Notes under the pieces: model-generated
The model's input: the letters and a program-made list of their open reading frames with translations, nothing else
Databases searched by the model: none
What the model was told of the DNA's origin: nothing
Shown here: positions 39,365-49,300 of the stretch, piece by piece
Numbering within the stretch: position 1 is the first letter of the stretch
Layout of the letters: the number at the start of each line of letters is the position of its first letter
Source of the DNA: a bacterium
Lineage (GTDB): Bacteria > Patescibacteriota > Patescibacteriia > Veblenbacterales > UBA10138
DNA length: 64,000 nucleotides
Assembly: GCA_020057885.1 (NCBI GenBank)
Contig: JAGVEX010000009.1
Coordinates: 36,704-100,703, forward strand
Direction of reading: 5' to 3'
Position numbers and translations under genes: made by a program

Positions 39365-39727
39365 TTATACCTTTTTATTAAAACGACTTGGCCTATCCTC
39401 GTCACTCACGACTACAATAATATGACAAGTTGGTTTATGTATAGGGGTAGCTCGCCCCATAGCGCGTGGTCGCCATCTTTTCAAACGCGGTCCTTGGCCA
39501 ACTACAATACTCTTAATCCACAATTTTTTCTTGTCTAATTTATTATTGTTAACAGCATTAGCGGCCGCCGAATTTATTAGCTTAATAACTGGCCGAGCAG
39601 CTGCTTGCGGCAAAACCGCCAGCTGTTCCAAAGCGCGGGCTAATGGCAACCTACGCACCATATCAATCACCAATTTTACTTTACGAGGTGAGGCGCGGAG
39701 AAATCTGAGTTTAGCTTGAACTTCCAT
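39365..39727 (-). CDS. rplV: 50S ribosomal protein L22
   Basis: 120 aa. Confidence 0.9.
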   Translation of the reverse strand: MEVQAKLRFLRASPRKVKLVIDMVRRLPLARALEQLAVLPQAAARPVIKLINSAAANAVNNNKLDKKKLWIKSIVVGQGPRLKRWRPRAMGRATPIHKPTCHIIVVVSDEDRPSRFNKKV

Positions 39728-39736
39728 AAATCAAAA

Positions 39737-40075
39737 TTATTTCTTAGTTTCAGGCTCTTTAACTGCAGCCACTTGGGCGGCAACGGCTTGAGCCGCGGCG
39801 GCGGCCTGCTCACGAGCCATGCGACCACCATGGCCAGTAAATTTGCGTGTCGGAGAAAATTCACCCAATTTATGTCCCACCATATTTTCAATAATCAAAA
39901 CTGATATATGATTTTTGCCATTATGAACCGCAATAGTAAAACCAACCATCTCTGGAGTAATAGTGGAATCGCGCGACCAGGTTTTAATCACAGCTTTATC
40001 GCCAATCTTAAGCTTAGCTATCTTGGCTAAGAGCTTGGCATCAACAAAGGGACCTTTTTTAAGACTACGTGACAT
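39737..40075 (-). CDS. rpsS: 30S ribosomal protein S19 (with Ala-rich C-terminal extension)
   Basis: 112 aa; [12 protein letters not shown]. Confidence 0.9.
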   Translation of the reverse strand: MSRSLKKGPFVDAKLLAKIAKLKIGDKAVIKTWSRDSTITPEMVGFTIAVHNGKNHISVLIIENMVGHKLGEFSPTRKFTGHGGRMAREQAAAAAQAVAAQVAAVKEPETKK

Positions 40076-40087
40076 AATAAATTTATT

Positions 40088-40924
40088 TTAAACTCTCTTA
40101 GGACGACGTGAAATAATAAAACGATTAGAAGCTTTAGTGCGTCTGCGTGTAGGTACGCCCAAAGCATGCTTACCCCAAGGTGTTTTAGGAAACTTTAAAC
40201 CAATTGGATTATGTCCCTCACCGCCACCATGTGGGTGATCAACGGGATTCATAGCTTTACCACGTACGCTCGGACGAAAACCAAGATGGCGTCTGCGCCC
40301 GGCTTTACCTAGACGCACATTACTGTGATCAATATTACCCACCTGACCTATTGTTGCTAAACAATTCTCTGATACGCTACGGATTTCGCCAGATGGTAAT
40401 TTCAAGCGAGCCATCCCCTCTTCAATTGACATTAAAGTAGCCCAAGCGCCTGCTGAACGTACCATAGCACCACCATGCCCAGGAGTTAATTCTATATTAT
40501 GAACCTGTAAACCTGCGGGGATAAATTTTAAAGGTAAATGGTTGCCCACTTTTATATCTACTAATTGACGTGAAGAAATTACTTCTTGACCAACTGTTAA
40601 GCCTTCAGAGGCTAAAATATAACGCTTTTCTCCGTCACTGTAAAAAAGTAAAGCCAAATTAGCCGTACGTCCAGGATCATATTCTAAAGCGGTTACGCGT
40701 GCTAATATATCAAATTTATCTCGTTTCCAATCAACCAAACGCAATAATCGTTTAGCTCCACCGCCACGATGACGCGTGGTAATTTTGCCTTGGAAATTAC
40801 GCCCGGCTTTAGAACGCTTACCAAAAACCAAACTCTTCTCTGGCTCTTTACGAGTGAGATTAGCGACTAATACGCCGGCATGCCGGCGACCAGGAGTTGT
40901 AGGACGGTAAAATTTAACTTGCAT
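40088..40924 (-). CDS. rplB: 50S ribosomal protein L2
   Basis: 278 aa. Confidence 0.9.
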   Translation of the reverse strand: MQVKFYRPTTPGRRHAGVLVANLTRKEPEKSLVFGKRSKAGRNFQGKITTRHRGGGAKRLLRLVDWKRDKFDILARVTALEYDPGRTANLALLFYSDGEKRYILASEGLTVGQEVISSRQLVDIKVGNHLPLKFIPAGLQVHNIELTPGHGGAMVRSAGAWATLMSIEEGMARLKLPSGEIRSVSENCLATIGQVGNIDHSNVRLGKAGRRRHLGFRPSVRGKAMNPVDHPHGGGEGHNPIGLKFPKTPWGKHALGVPTRRRTKASNRFIISRRPKRV

Positions 40925-40929
40925 AAAAA

Positions 40930-41295
40930 TTAAACTGCTTTAGTTGATTGTAAGGTTTGGCCCTTAGCCAAACGAACTATCATGTGGTGACGAATTTTGG
41001 TTGTGCCGTGAACGCGGCCACGTGTTACATTTTTGCGAGGCAAACGTACGCTATTTACTCCCACTACTCTTACTCCATAAGCTCGCTCGATGGCTTTTTT
41101 AACTTCAATTTTTGAAACTTTGGCATTAACTATAAAAGTATATTGCCCTAACCCATTCAACCGAGTACTCTTTTCGGACATTAGAGGAATAAGACCAACT
41201 GAGGTGGATTTAAAATCAACTACTCCAGCCTGACTTGGTTTATCAGTATTATTATTATTTATAATAGTAGCTTTTTTCCTGCTTAAAAATGACAT
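40930..41295 (-). CDS. rplW: 50S ribosomal protein L23 (N-terminal extension)
   Basis: 121 aa. Confidence 0.85.
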   Translation of the reverse strand: MSFLSRKKATIINNNNTDKPSQAGVVDFKSTSVGLIPLMSEKSTRLNGLGQYTFIVNAKVSKIEVKKAIERAYGVRVVGVNSVRLPRKNVTRGRVHGTTKIRHHMIVRLAKGQTLQSTKAV

Positions 41296-41299
41296 AAGA

Positions 41300-41938
41300 T
41301 TAAACCACTAATTTTATTAATTGTGCTAACCCCGCTTCCGATACTAACCATTGTTGTACAGATAAACCGTCATAAGCATTGAGTTGTTTTACTCCCATAA
41401 TCTCCACCCCTGGTAAATTAGCCAAGCCTCGACGCAGATTTTTCTCTTTATCCATCAATAACACCAAAACCCGCTTGCCAGTTTTAATTTTAAGAGAACG
41501 GAAAAGGGTAGCAAAAACTTTTGTCTTATCAGCTTGGGGAAATTCATTTACTACTATCACTTTTCCAGATAACAGATAATCGGCCACTACCATAGACAAA
41601 GCCTTCTTTTTAAGTTGTTGCGGTGTGCGCTTAGTATAATTGCGTTCATTACGCGGGCCAAACGTCACTCCACCACCAATCCACAATGGTGAACGAATGG
41701 AACCGTGTCTAGCACGCCCAGTACCTTTTTGTTTCCATGGTTTTTTACCACCACCAGAAACTTCAGCGCGATTTTTAGTATGTGCCGTACCTGCTCTTTT
41801 ATTAGAAGCATAGCCAACAACCACTTGGTGTACCATTGCCGGTTTTACTTTAAGCAAGGCAACTTCTGCTGGCAATGCAAACTCACGCACTGGCTGGCCT
41901 GCGGAATCAACAATAGAAATGTTAACTGACTTCGACAT
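41300..41938 (-). CDS. rplD: 50S ribosomal protein L4
   Basis: 212 aa. Confidence 0.9.
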   Translation of the reverse strand: MSKSVNISIVDSAGQPVREFALPAEVALLKVKPAMVHQVVVGYASNKRAGTAHTKNRAEVSGGGKKPWKQKGTGRARHGSIRSPLWIGGGVTFGPRNERNYTKRTPQQLKKKALSMVVADYLLSGKVIVVNEFPQADKTKVFATLFRSLKIKTGKRVLVLLMDKEKNLRRGLANLPGVEIMGVKQLNAYDGLSVQQWLVSEAGLAQLIKLVV

Positions 41939-41947
41939 AAAAATAAA

Positions 41948-42556
41948 TTAATTGGCGCTTATTAACAATAAACTATTCCGTCCACCTGGTACTGCGCCTT
42001 TTACTAAAAGTTCATTTTTTTCAATATCTACTGCCACCACCTTTAAATTAGGCACTGTTATTCTGTCTCCACCCATACGACCAGCCATGCGCATACCTTT
42101 ACGCACATGCTGAACTCCGCCTGCCCCAATTGAACCAGGCATACGCTCTTGATCCTTATGACCATGTGTGGATGGGTGGCCATGAAAACCATGTCGCCTA
42201 ACCACACCTTGGAATCCTTTGCCTTTTGATATACCTATCACCTTAACTAAATCACCTGGCGTAAATTGGCTTATATCTATAGTCTGACCAATTTTATATT
42301 CGCCACCATTAATATAAAATTCTCTCAAAAAGCGGGATTCTGCGCCACTGGTCTTAAGATGACCTAGCAATGGTTTTTTTAAGTTTCTCTTTTTTCCGGA
42401 AGATAATTGAACAGCCTCATAACCATCTTTATCCTTGGTTTTTACTTGCGTCACTACACATGGTCCAGCTTTTAATTTAGTAACAGAAACCACCACGCCA
42501 TCTTCACGGAAGATACGAGACATGCCGATTTTATTAGCTATTAAAAACTTAGACAT
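41948..42556 (-). CDS. rplC: 50S ribosomal protein L3
   Basis: 202 aa. Confidence 0.9.
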   Translation of the reverse strand: MSKFLIANKIGMSRIFREDGVVVSVTKLKAGPCVVTQVKTKDKDGYEAVQLSSGKKRNLKKPLLGHLKTSGAESRFLREFYINGGEYKIGQTIDISQFTPGDLVKVIGISKGKGFQGVVRRHGFHGHPSTHGHKDQERMPGSIGAGGVQHVRKGMRMAGRMGGDRITVPNLKVVAVDIEKNELLVKGAVPGGRNSLLLISAN

Positions 42557-42667
42557 AAAAACTTAAAACAAAAACCGCTTAGCTTAAACCACACTAACCC
42601 TATTTGCTAAACGGTAAAACATAAATAGTCTCGGATTAAAGTGTAAGAGTTAGTTGAATTAATAATT

Positions 42668-42770
42668 CCTGTGGGCTTTAACTAAATCTGCCAAATCGGA
42701 CCCTGGGTAACTGCTGGTTTGCTCCGCTTCTCGCGGAACACCTTAACAGTGCTCGGGTAAGCCACAAATA
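42668..42770 (-). ncRNA. ffs: candidate small SRP RNA (4.5S/ffs-like) embedded between rpsJ and rplC
   Basis: About 100-nt GC-rich segment in an unusually long 245-nt rpsJ-rplC spacer. On the minus strand the ends pair (UGUGGCUU/AAGCCCACA) and the apex is UCCGC-GAGA-GCGGA followed by AGCA...CCAGCAG. This resembles SRP domain IV (GNRA-capped helix followed by AGCAGCC). Confidence 0.4.
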
Positions 42771-42801
42771 ATAAATGATTTAAATGAATGTTAATACGTT
42801 A

Positions 42802-43173
42802 CTACATTTTAATTTCCACGTCAACCCCTGCTGGTAAATTCAAATTGGTTAAGGCGTCAATCGTTTTGGGGGTTGGCTCTAAGATATCAAGCAGTCTTTT
42901 ATGCACTCTCATTTCATACTGTTCACGGGCGTTCTTATCAATAAAGGAGGAGCTGTTAACTATATAACGCGTCTTTTCGGTGGGCAATGGTATAGGTCCT
43001 ACCACTTTAGCGCCAGTGCGCAAAACCGTGTCCAAGATAGTACGCACCGCCTGATCAATAATTTTATGATCATAGGCGCGAATGCGAATCCTCAGCCGCG
43101 AGCGTGATTCCTCTTCAGCCGCGACCTTCGTTTCGTTCTTAACTTTAAGATTATCAGTCTTTAATGCCGTCAT
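42802..43173 (-). CDS. rpsJ: 30S ribosomal protein S10 (N-terminal extension)
   Basis: 123 aa; [16 protein letters not shown]. Confidence 0.9.
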   Translation of the reverse strand: MTALKTDNLKVKNETKVAAEEESRSRLRIRIRAYDHKIIDQAVRTILDTVLRTGAKVVGPIPLPTEKTRYIVNSSSFIDKNAREQYEMRVHKRLLDILEPTPKTIDALTNLNLPAGVDVEIKM

Positions 43174-43242
43174 GGAACAGTTTATAAGTTGGTGAAAGAA
43201 CTACTTTTTGCCCTCCTATAAAGAACAATTTATATAATAAGA

Positions 43243-44445
43243 TTACTTAATGATCTTAGTTACTACGCCTGCGCCGACCGTACGACCACCTTCACGTATA
43301 GCAAAACGTAATTTTTCTTCCAAAGCAACTGGGGCAATTAACTTAACTGTAATGTTTACTTTATCACCAGGCATAACCATTTCTGCGCCAGCTGGCAAGC
43401 CAACTTCACCAGTTACATCGGTAGTACGAATATAGAATTGCGGTTTATAACCTTTAAGGAATGGGGTGTGGCGACCTCCTTCATCTTTAGTAAGGACGTA
43501 ACAGGAAGCCTCAAATTCTGTGTGTGGAGTTACTGAACCTGGTTTAGCTATTACCTGACCACGCTCAACATCTTCTTTTTTCAAACCACGCATTAAAAGA
43601 CCAGCATTATCACCAGCGCGACCTTCGTCAAGTTGCTTATTAAACATTTCAATACCAGTAATAACTGTTTTTTGGGTGTCGCGTAAACCAATTACTTCCA
43701 CTTCATCATTAAGTTTTACAATACCGCGCTCAATACGTCCTGTAACCACTGTGCCACGGCCTTCGATTGAGAAAATATCTTCAATTGGCATTAAGAAAGG
43801 CTTTTCGATATCACGAACTGGTTCGGGAATATATTCATCTAAAGCTTTTATTAATTCCATTATAGGTTGAAGTGCTGGATCATCTTTTTTACCGGCTTGA
43901 GCCGCCTCTAAAGCTTTAAGAGCACTACCACGAATAATCGGTGTTTTGTCTCCTGGGAATTCATATTTCTTCAAAAGATCCCTAACTTCCTCTTCTACCA
44001 AGTCAACCAAATCCTTGTCATCAACCATATCAACTTTGTTTAAGAAAACCACAATATAAGGCACGCCTACCTGCCTCGCCAATAGAATATGTTCGCGAGT
44101 TTGGGGCATTGGACCATCAGCCGCAGAAACAACCAAAATAGCGCCATCCATTTGAGCGGCACCGGTAATCATGTTTTTAATATAATCAGCGTGGCCTGGG
44201 CAGTCTACGTGGGCATAGTGGCGCTTATCAGACTCATACTCAACGTGTGCGGTATTAATGGTAATACCACGAGCTTTTTCCTCAGGTGCATTGTCAATAT
44301 TATCAACTCCTTTATCTTGAGCATTGTGTCCAGAAGCTCTCAAGGCCTGCAAAATTGCGGCTGTCAGAGTGGTCTTGCCGTGGTCAACGTGGCCAATAGT
44401 ACCAACGTTAATGTGCGGCTTGGAACGGTCAAATTTTTCTGCCAT
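43243..44445 (-). CDS. tuf: elongation factor Tu
   Basis: 400 aa; [10 protein letters not shown]. Confidence 0.95.
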   Translation of the reverse strand: MAEKFDRSKPHINVGTIGHVDHGKTTLTAAILQALRASGHNAQDKGVDNIDNAPEEKARGITINTAHVEYESDKRHYAHVDCPGHADYIKNMITGAAQMDGAILVVSAADGPMPQTREHILLARQVGVPYIVVFLNKVDMVDDKDLVDLVEEEVRDLLKKYEFPGDKTPIIRGSALKALEAAQAGKKDDPALQPIMELIKALDEYIPEPVRDIEKPFLMPIEDIFSIEGRGTVVTGRIERGIVKLNDEVEVIGLRDTQKTVITGIEMFNKQLDEGRAGDNAGLLMRGLKKEDVERGQVIAKPGSVTPHTEFEASCYVLTKDEGGRHTPFLKGYKPQFYIRTTDVTGEVGLPAGAEMVMPGDKVNITVKLIAPVALEEKLRFAIREGGRTVGAGVVTKIIK

Positions 44446-44600
44446 TGTTGTATTCTCCTATTTACGACTAGTGATGTTTTGGGGCTTTAAAAGTAATGCC
44501 CAAACGTCAACTTAGCCAAAATTAGTATTAAAAGTTTAAAGTATGCTCGTTCACTTTAGCATGGTTTATTTGGTTTGGCAAGGGCTCCCCTACCGAAGCC

Positions 44601-44900
44601 TTAAATGGGTTCAGGAAAATACTGATCATCATCCATTAAGGCGCCTTGGGGCGGATCAATAGCTTCCAATCCGTCCTGGTTCGTTGGCTGACTGTTTTTA
44701 AAAACTTGTGCTTGTTTTGGTTGGTTTTTAATATCTTTATTAGGTATTTTGGCAACTAAACTATCAGATTTACGCGATTGCTCATATTCAGTCAATGGTA
44801 CCAATACCATTGGTTCACCCTCCGGCATAACCAAAACAACTTTTTCTCCGCGGCGGGAAAAAATCCGGTTAAGTTGTTCCAGATCAAGATTCACTTTCAT
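44601..44900 (-). CDS. small Phd/YefM-like (antitoxin-fold) protein inserted between fusA and tuf
   Basis: 99 aa; RRGEKVVLVMPEGEPMVLVPLTEYEQ resembles the Phd/YefM N-terminal fold; acidic C-terminal tail. Confidence 0.4.
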   Translation of the reverse strand: MKVNLDLEQLNRIFSRRGEKVVLVMPEGEPMVLVPLTEYEQSRKSDSLVAKIPNKDIKNQPKQAQVFKNSQPTNQDGLEAIDPPQGALMDDDQYFPEPI

Positions 44901-44902
44901 AA

Positions 44903-46981
44903 TTATTTTTTACCTTGGCCAATAATTTCTTCGGCCACGTGGCGAGGCACTTCGGTATAATGATCAAATTCCATATTGTAACTACCACGGCCTTGGGTCA
45001 TAGAACGCAAATTAGTAGCGTAGCCAAACATTTCTGCTAAGGGCACTTCGGCGTCAATTATTTTAACACCACCGCGATCGCGCATTTCTAAAATGTGTCC
45101 ACGCTTGGAATTCAAATCGCCAATCACGTCACCCATATTATTTTCCGGAGTAATAACTTCTACTTTCATAATCGGTTCCAAAATTACCGGACCAGCCAGC
45201 TTAAAAGCGGCTTGGAAAGCTATGGAACCAGCAATTTTAAAAGCTGCTTCAGATGAGTCTACATCATGATAAGAGCCGTCGTAAACAGCCACTTTAACAT
45301 CCACAATTGGATAGCCTGCGAGCACACCATTTTCCAAAGCCTCTTTGATGCCTTTGTGAATAGGCTGAATAAACTCGCGTGGAATAACACCACCCTTAAT
45401 TTCATCAACAAATTCAAAACCCTTGCCTTTTTCAGTTTGCGGCTCCACGCGTAACCAGCAATGACCATATTGACCATGACCGCCAGTCTGACGAATGTAT
45501 TTTCCTTCAGCTTGCGCCGTGCGAGTAACTGTTTCTTTATAAGCCACTTGCGGTTTACCAACGTTGGCTTCTACTTTAAATTCGCGCTTCATGCGATCCA
45601 CAATAATATCAAGATGTAACTCACCCATACCCCAAATAATAAGTTGGCCTGTTTCCTCATTGGAACGAATACGGAAAGTTGGGTCTTCTTCAGCCAGTTT
45701 TTGCAAAGCAAATCCCATTTTCTCTTGATCAACTTTAGTTTTGGGTTCAATGGCAAGTGAAATAACTGGCTCCGGAAAGACAATTGATTCCAATAGTACT
45801 GGGTTATTAATATCGCACAAGGTATTACCGGTTGTGGTAACTTTTAAACCCACGGCCGCAGCAATATCACCAGCATAAACTTCATCCACATCTTCGCGTG
45901 AATTAGCGTGCAAACGCACAATACGGCTAATACGTTCTTTTTCTCCGTTAGATGAATTCAAAACATAAGAACCAGCTTTAAGTGTGCCTGAATAAACTCT
46001 GAAGAAGGCTAATTTACCAACAAAAGGATCGGTGGCAATCTTAAAAGCCAGCGCCGTAAACGGTTCGCTATCCGCCGGTTTTCGCTCAACTGTAGCGCCG
46101 GTTTTGGGATCAGTAGCTTTAGTTGGTGGAACTTCCAAAGGTGACGGCAAATAATCTGCCACGCCATCTAACAAATACTGAACTCCTTTATTTTTTAAAG
46201 CCGAACCACAAAAAATTGGTACAATTTTATTGGCGATACAAGCCTTACGCAACACGCGTTTTAAATCTGCTATTGGAATTTCTTTACCATCTAAATACAA
46301 CTGCATTAATGCATCATCTTGCTCGGCAATTGCCTCAACTAAACTATGGCGGTACTCCTCTACTTTATCTTTCATGTCAGCCGGCACATCGGTTTCTTCC
46401 CATTCTTTGCCCAACTCATCTTTATAAATAACTGCCTGACGGCTAAAAAGATCAATAATTCCCGTAAATGTTTCGGCGGCGCCGATTGGTAATTGCACTG
46501 GATGAGCATTTTTAGTAAGCCGCTCGTGAATAGAGGCTATGTCCGCATAAAAATCAGCCCCCATACGATCCATTTTGTTAATAAAACAAATACGCGGCGT
46601 ACCATAATCATCCGCATAATGCCAGTTGGTTTCCGATTGCGGCTCCACGCCAGCCACACCGTCAAATACCACCACGCCACCGTCTAACACGCGTAAACTA
46701 CGCTTTACCTCAACTGTAAAATCAATATGGCCTGGCGTATCAATTAAGTTGATGCGAATATCTTTCCAAAAACATGTGGTAGCCGCCGCAGTAATTGTAA
46801 TACCGCGTTCTTTTTCTTGTTCCATCCAATCCATGGTAGCCTCGCCCTCATGCACCTCGCCAATTTTGTGTTTTTTTCCAGTATAAAATAAAACGCGCTC
46901 TGAAACTGTGGTTTTTCCAGCGTCGATGTGAGCGATTATCCCTATATTGCGTGTCTTTTCCAAACTATACTCGCGTGGCAT
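44903..46981 (-). CDS. fusA: elongation factor G
   Basis: 692 aa; AHIDAGKTT. Confidence 0.95.
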   Translation of the reverse strand: MPREYSLEKTRNIGIIAHIDAGKTTVSERVLFYTGKKHKIGEVHEGEATMDWMEQEKERGITITAAATTCFWKDIRINLIDTPGHIDFTVEVKRSLRVLDGGVVVFDGVAGVEPQSETNWHYADDYGTPRICFINKMDRMGADFYADIASIHERLTKNAHPVQLPIGAAETFTGIIDLFSRQAVIYKDELGKEWEETDVPADMKDKVEEYRHSLVEAIAEQDDALMQLYLDGKEIPIADLKRVLRKACIANKIVPIFCGSALKNKGVQYLLDGVADYLPSPLEVPPTKATDPKTGATVERKPADSEPFTALAFKIATDPFVGKLAFFRVYSGTLKAGSYVLNSSNGEKERISRIVRLHANSREDVDEVYAGDIAAAVGLKVTTTGNTLCDINNPVLLESIVFPEPVISLAIEPKTKVDQEKMGFALQKLAEEDPTFRIRSNEETGQLIIWGMGELHLDIIVDRMKREFKVEANVGKPQVAYKETVTRTAQAEGKYIRQTGGHGQYGHCWLRVEPQTEKGKGFEFVDEIKGGVIPREFIQPIHKGIKEALENGVLAGYPIVDVKVAVYDGSYHDVDSSEAAFKIAGSIAFQAAFKLAGPVILEPIMKVEVITPENNMGDVIGDLNSKRGHILEMRDRGGVKIIDAEVPLAEMFGYATNLRSMTQGRGSYNMEFDHYTEVPRHVAEEIIGQGKK

Positions 46982-47118
46982 AAACTGAGCTTGCTATTAT
47001 AATACCTACTTGCCCCGTACCGAATCGCAGATTCTGGTGCGGGGTGTTACGAGTTCTTTCTAGAGAATATTCGCGGGGCACGGTTGAAAAATTAAAATTA
47101 AAAATTAATTTTAAATAT

Positions 47119-47586
47119 TTAAGCAAAATGTGCGAAGGCCCGGTTGGCTTCGGCCATACGATGGACGTCTAACTTTTTCTTAATAGCTTCGCCCTCATTT
47201 TTAGAAGCCAAAATAAGCTCATCTGCTAATTTTTCTGCCATCGGTCGGCCCTTTTTAGCTCTGGCCGCTCCAATAATCCAGCGTATTGCGAGCATCTGCT
47301 TGCGTTCTCCACGTACTTCCACTGGAACCTGATAATTAGCACCTCCTACCCGCCTACCGCGTACTTCTACTTGAGGTGTTACATTCTTTAATGCTAAATC
47401 AAACACGTCGCGCGGGTCTTGCTTGGTTTTTTGAGCCATCAAATCAAAAGCGCCATAAACAACCTTACGTGCCACGGTTTTCTTGCCGCGCTCCATAATA
47501 TTATTAATAAATTTAGCCACCACCGCGCTTTGATAACGCGGATCGGGTAAAATTATATGTTTGGGGGTTTGTTTTTTACCACGCAT
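47119..47586 (-). CDS. rpsG: 30S ribosomal protein S7
   Basis: 155 aa. Confidence 0.9.
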   Translation of the reverse strand: MRGKKQTPKHIILPDPRYQSAVVAKFINNIMERGKKTVARKVVYGAFDLMAQKTKQDPRDVFDLALKNVTPQVEVRGRRVGGANYQVPVEVRGERKQMLAIRWIIGAARAKKGRPMAEKLADELILASKNEGEAIKKKLDVHRMAEANRAFAHFA

Positions 47587-47587
47587 A

Positions 47588-47727
47588 CCCAGTAGAGCAA
47601 CCTTGACACGACACGCTTACGCGAGCCGTGAGGCAGAATTAATGATAAGGTTTAAAGTCTCTAGTCGAGTCATAAAATATAATTGATTAAAGATTGAAGC
47701 GAGCGTAGTCAAGGTTGTCATACTGGG
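47588..47727 (-). promoter_or_regulatory. structured rpsL-rpsG intercistronic element bounded by 20-bp inverted repeats
   Basis: cccagtagagcaaccttgac ... gtcaaggttgtcatactggg (18/20 complementary) enclosing ~100 nt. Confidence 0.4.
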
Positions 47728-47734
47728 CATAAAA

Positions 47735-48151
47735 TTAACTTGGTTTCTTAACACCGTAAAGTGAACGGCCTTGCTTACGATTTTCCATACCAGCTGTATC
47801 ATAAACGCCGCGTACAATATGATAACGCACACCAGGCAAATCTTTCACCCTACCGCCGCGAATAAGTACAATGGAGTGTTCTTGTAAATTATGGCCAATG
47901 CCAGGAATATAAGCCGTTACTTCCATGCCATTAGAAAGCCTCACACGGGCAATTTTACGAAGAGCTGAGTTCGGTTTTTTAGGAGTAGTGGTAGTAACCT
48001 TAACGCACACGCCACGCTTAAAAGGGCTTCCTTTCGGAAGATCGGTGCGCTTGCGCTTAAGTGCGTTAAATACTGGCTCCAAAGCCGGTGTTTTTGACTT
48101 ACGCTTTAAGCTGCTGCGGGAATGTCGCACTAGCTGATTAATAGTCGGCAT
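47735..48151 (-). CDS. rpsL: 30S ribosomal protein S12
   Basis: 138 aa; MPTINQLVR. Confidence 0.95.
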   Translation of the reverse strand: MPTINQLVRHSRSSLKRKSKTPALEPVFNALKRKRTDLPKGSPFKRGVCVKVTTTTPKKPNSALRKIARVRLSNGMEVTAYIPGIGHNLQEHSIVLIRGGRVKDLPGVRYHIVRGVYDTAGMENRKQGRSLYGVKKPS

Positions 48152-48274
48152 ACTTATTAGTTATTTTGCCATTTTAGAGTAAAAAAATAAAAGGTTTGGT
48201 ATAAACCATTTCCTCACGGGAGCATAACAGAACTTAAGATAGCCGTCAAGTCCTAAGGGCTTTAAGTAAAAGCA

Positions 48275-48880
48275 TCAAACAGTCTGACCGGCTAATAAAT
48301 TTGTAAGAAAACGTACTAATGGCGAAAGCAACCAATCAAATAAATAAAACATAAAAAACAGCAAAATAAAAAAACCATACTTTTCTAGCCACAATTTAAA
48401 CTTGTAATAACGATCTGGTAACAAGGCATAAAGCACTTTGGAACCATCCAGTGGCGCAATGGGCACTAAATTAAATACCGCCAACAAAATATTGGCGTAA
48501 ACTATAATTGTCAAAAGCAAACTAAAATTACTAAGCGGTAAAAAGCGAACCAATAATCCAAAAACCAAAGCGACTATTAAATTAGCCGCCGGTCCGGCTG
48601 CGCCTACTATAGCCGAGCCCCATCTTTGCCAGCGCAAAGCTAAGGGATTAAAAGGAACAGGTTTGGCATAAGCAAACAAAAAATGAGCTTGTGTTACTAA
48701 TAAAAGAATTGGTAAAAGTATTGATCCTATAGGATCAATATGCGGCAGAGGATTTATAGTAAGCCTACCAGCAAGTCGCGGTGTAGGATCACCTAATCTA
48801 TCCGCCATCCAGCCGTGCGCGTATTCATGTAACACAGCTGAGAAAATTATTACTAAAAAGAAAAATATTGTAAATTCCAT
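48275..48880 (-). CDS. site-2 protease family (peptidase M50) membrane metalloprotease
   Basis: 201 aa; HEYAHGWMA (HExxH) and NLVPIAPLDGSKV (LDG motif). Confidence 0.8.
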   Translation of the reverse strand: MEFTIFFFLVIIFSAVLHEYAHGWMADRLGDPTPRLAGRLTINPLPHIDPIGSILLPILLLVTQAHFLFAYAKPVPFNPLALRWQRWGSAIVGAAGPAANLIVALVFGLLVRFLPLSNFSLLLTIIVYANILLAVFNLVPIAPLDGSKVLYALLPDRYYKFKLWLEKYGFFILLFFMFYLFDWLLSPLVRFLTNLLAGQTV

Positions 48881-49019
48881 ATTATGAGTCTAATAATTTA
48901 TTATGAGTTAGCTCACTTAACTTGACAGATGTTAACTATATGTTAAGCTGATGTAGTTCTACATACAATAATACTACGTATTTTAGAATTTAGGAATTAA
49001 TTTAAAACTTTAAACTTTT

Positions 49020-49196
49020 ATGGCTCGAACTTGCCCTACCTGCAATCGCGGATATAACAAATCCGCTTCACGCAGTCACTCCAATATTAAAACCATTAAA
49101 CGTCAGCACTTAAACTTGCAATACAAGGTGGTTGGCGGTAAGCGTGTTAGAATTTGTACCCGCTGTATCAAAACTTTAGCCAAGCCTGTTAAATAG
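49020..49196 (+). CDS. rpmB: 50S ribosomal protein L28 (58 aa; below ORF-track threshold)
   Basis: Manual translation MARTCPTCNRGYNKSASRSHSNIKTIKRQHLNLQYKVVGGKRVRICTRCIKTLAKPVK; pattern matches bL28 (C..TGK...SHS...TKR...NL...KR). Followed by a terminator. Confidence 0.7.
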   Translation: MARTCPTCNRGYNKSASRSHSNIKTIKRQHLNLQYKVVGGKRVRICTRCIKTLAKPVK

Positions 49197-49222
49197 ACAA
49201 TTGTCATTTTTTAAAGCAATCA

Positions 49223-49255
49223 AAAACCCTGTTTCAAACAGGGTTTTTAGTTAAT
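49223..49255 (+). terminator. intrinsic terminator after rpmB
   Basis: aaaaccctgtttc-aaa-cagggttttt + tagtt. Confidence 0.6.
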
Positions 49256-49300
49256 ATTTTTAATATATAGAACGGTTGATAATCTATAGCCTACTGATAT

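Noticed and set aside
34168-47832. Numerous 60-120-aa ORFs antisense or out of frame within ribosomal-protein, tuf and fusA genes (e.g. 34168..34365, 37077..37424, 41379..41579, 44089..44490, 45259..45561, 47617..47832)
   Set aside because: All are embedded in highly conserved, confidently identified genes; typical six-frame noise.
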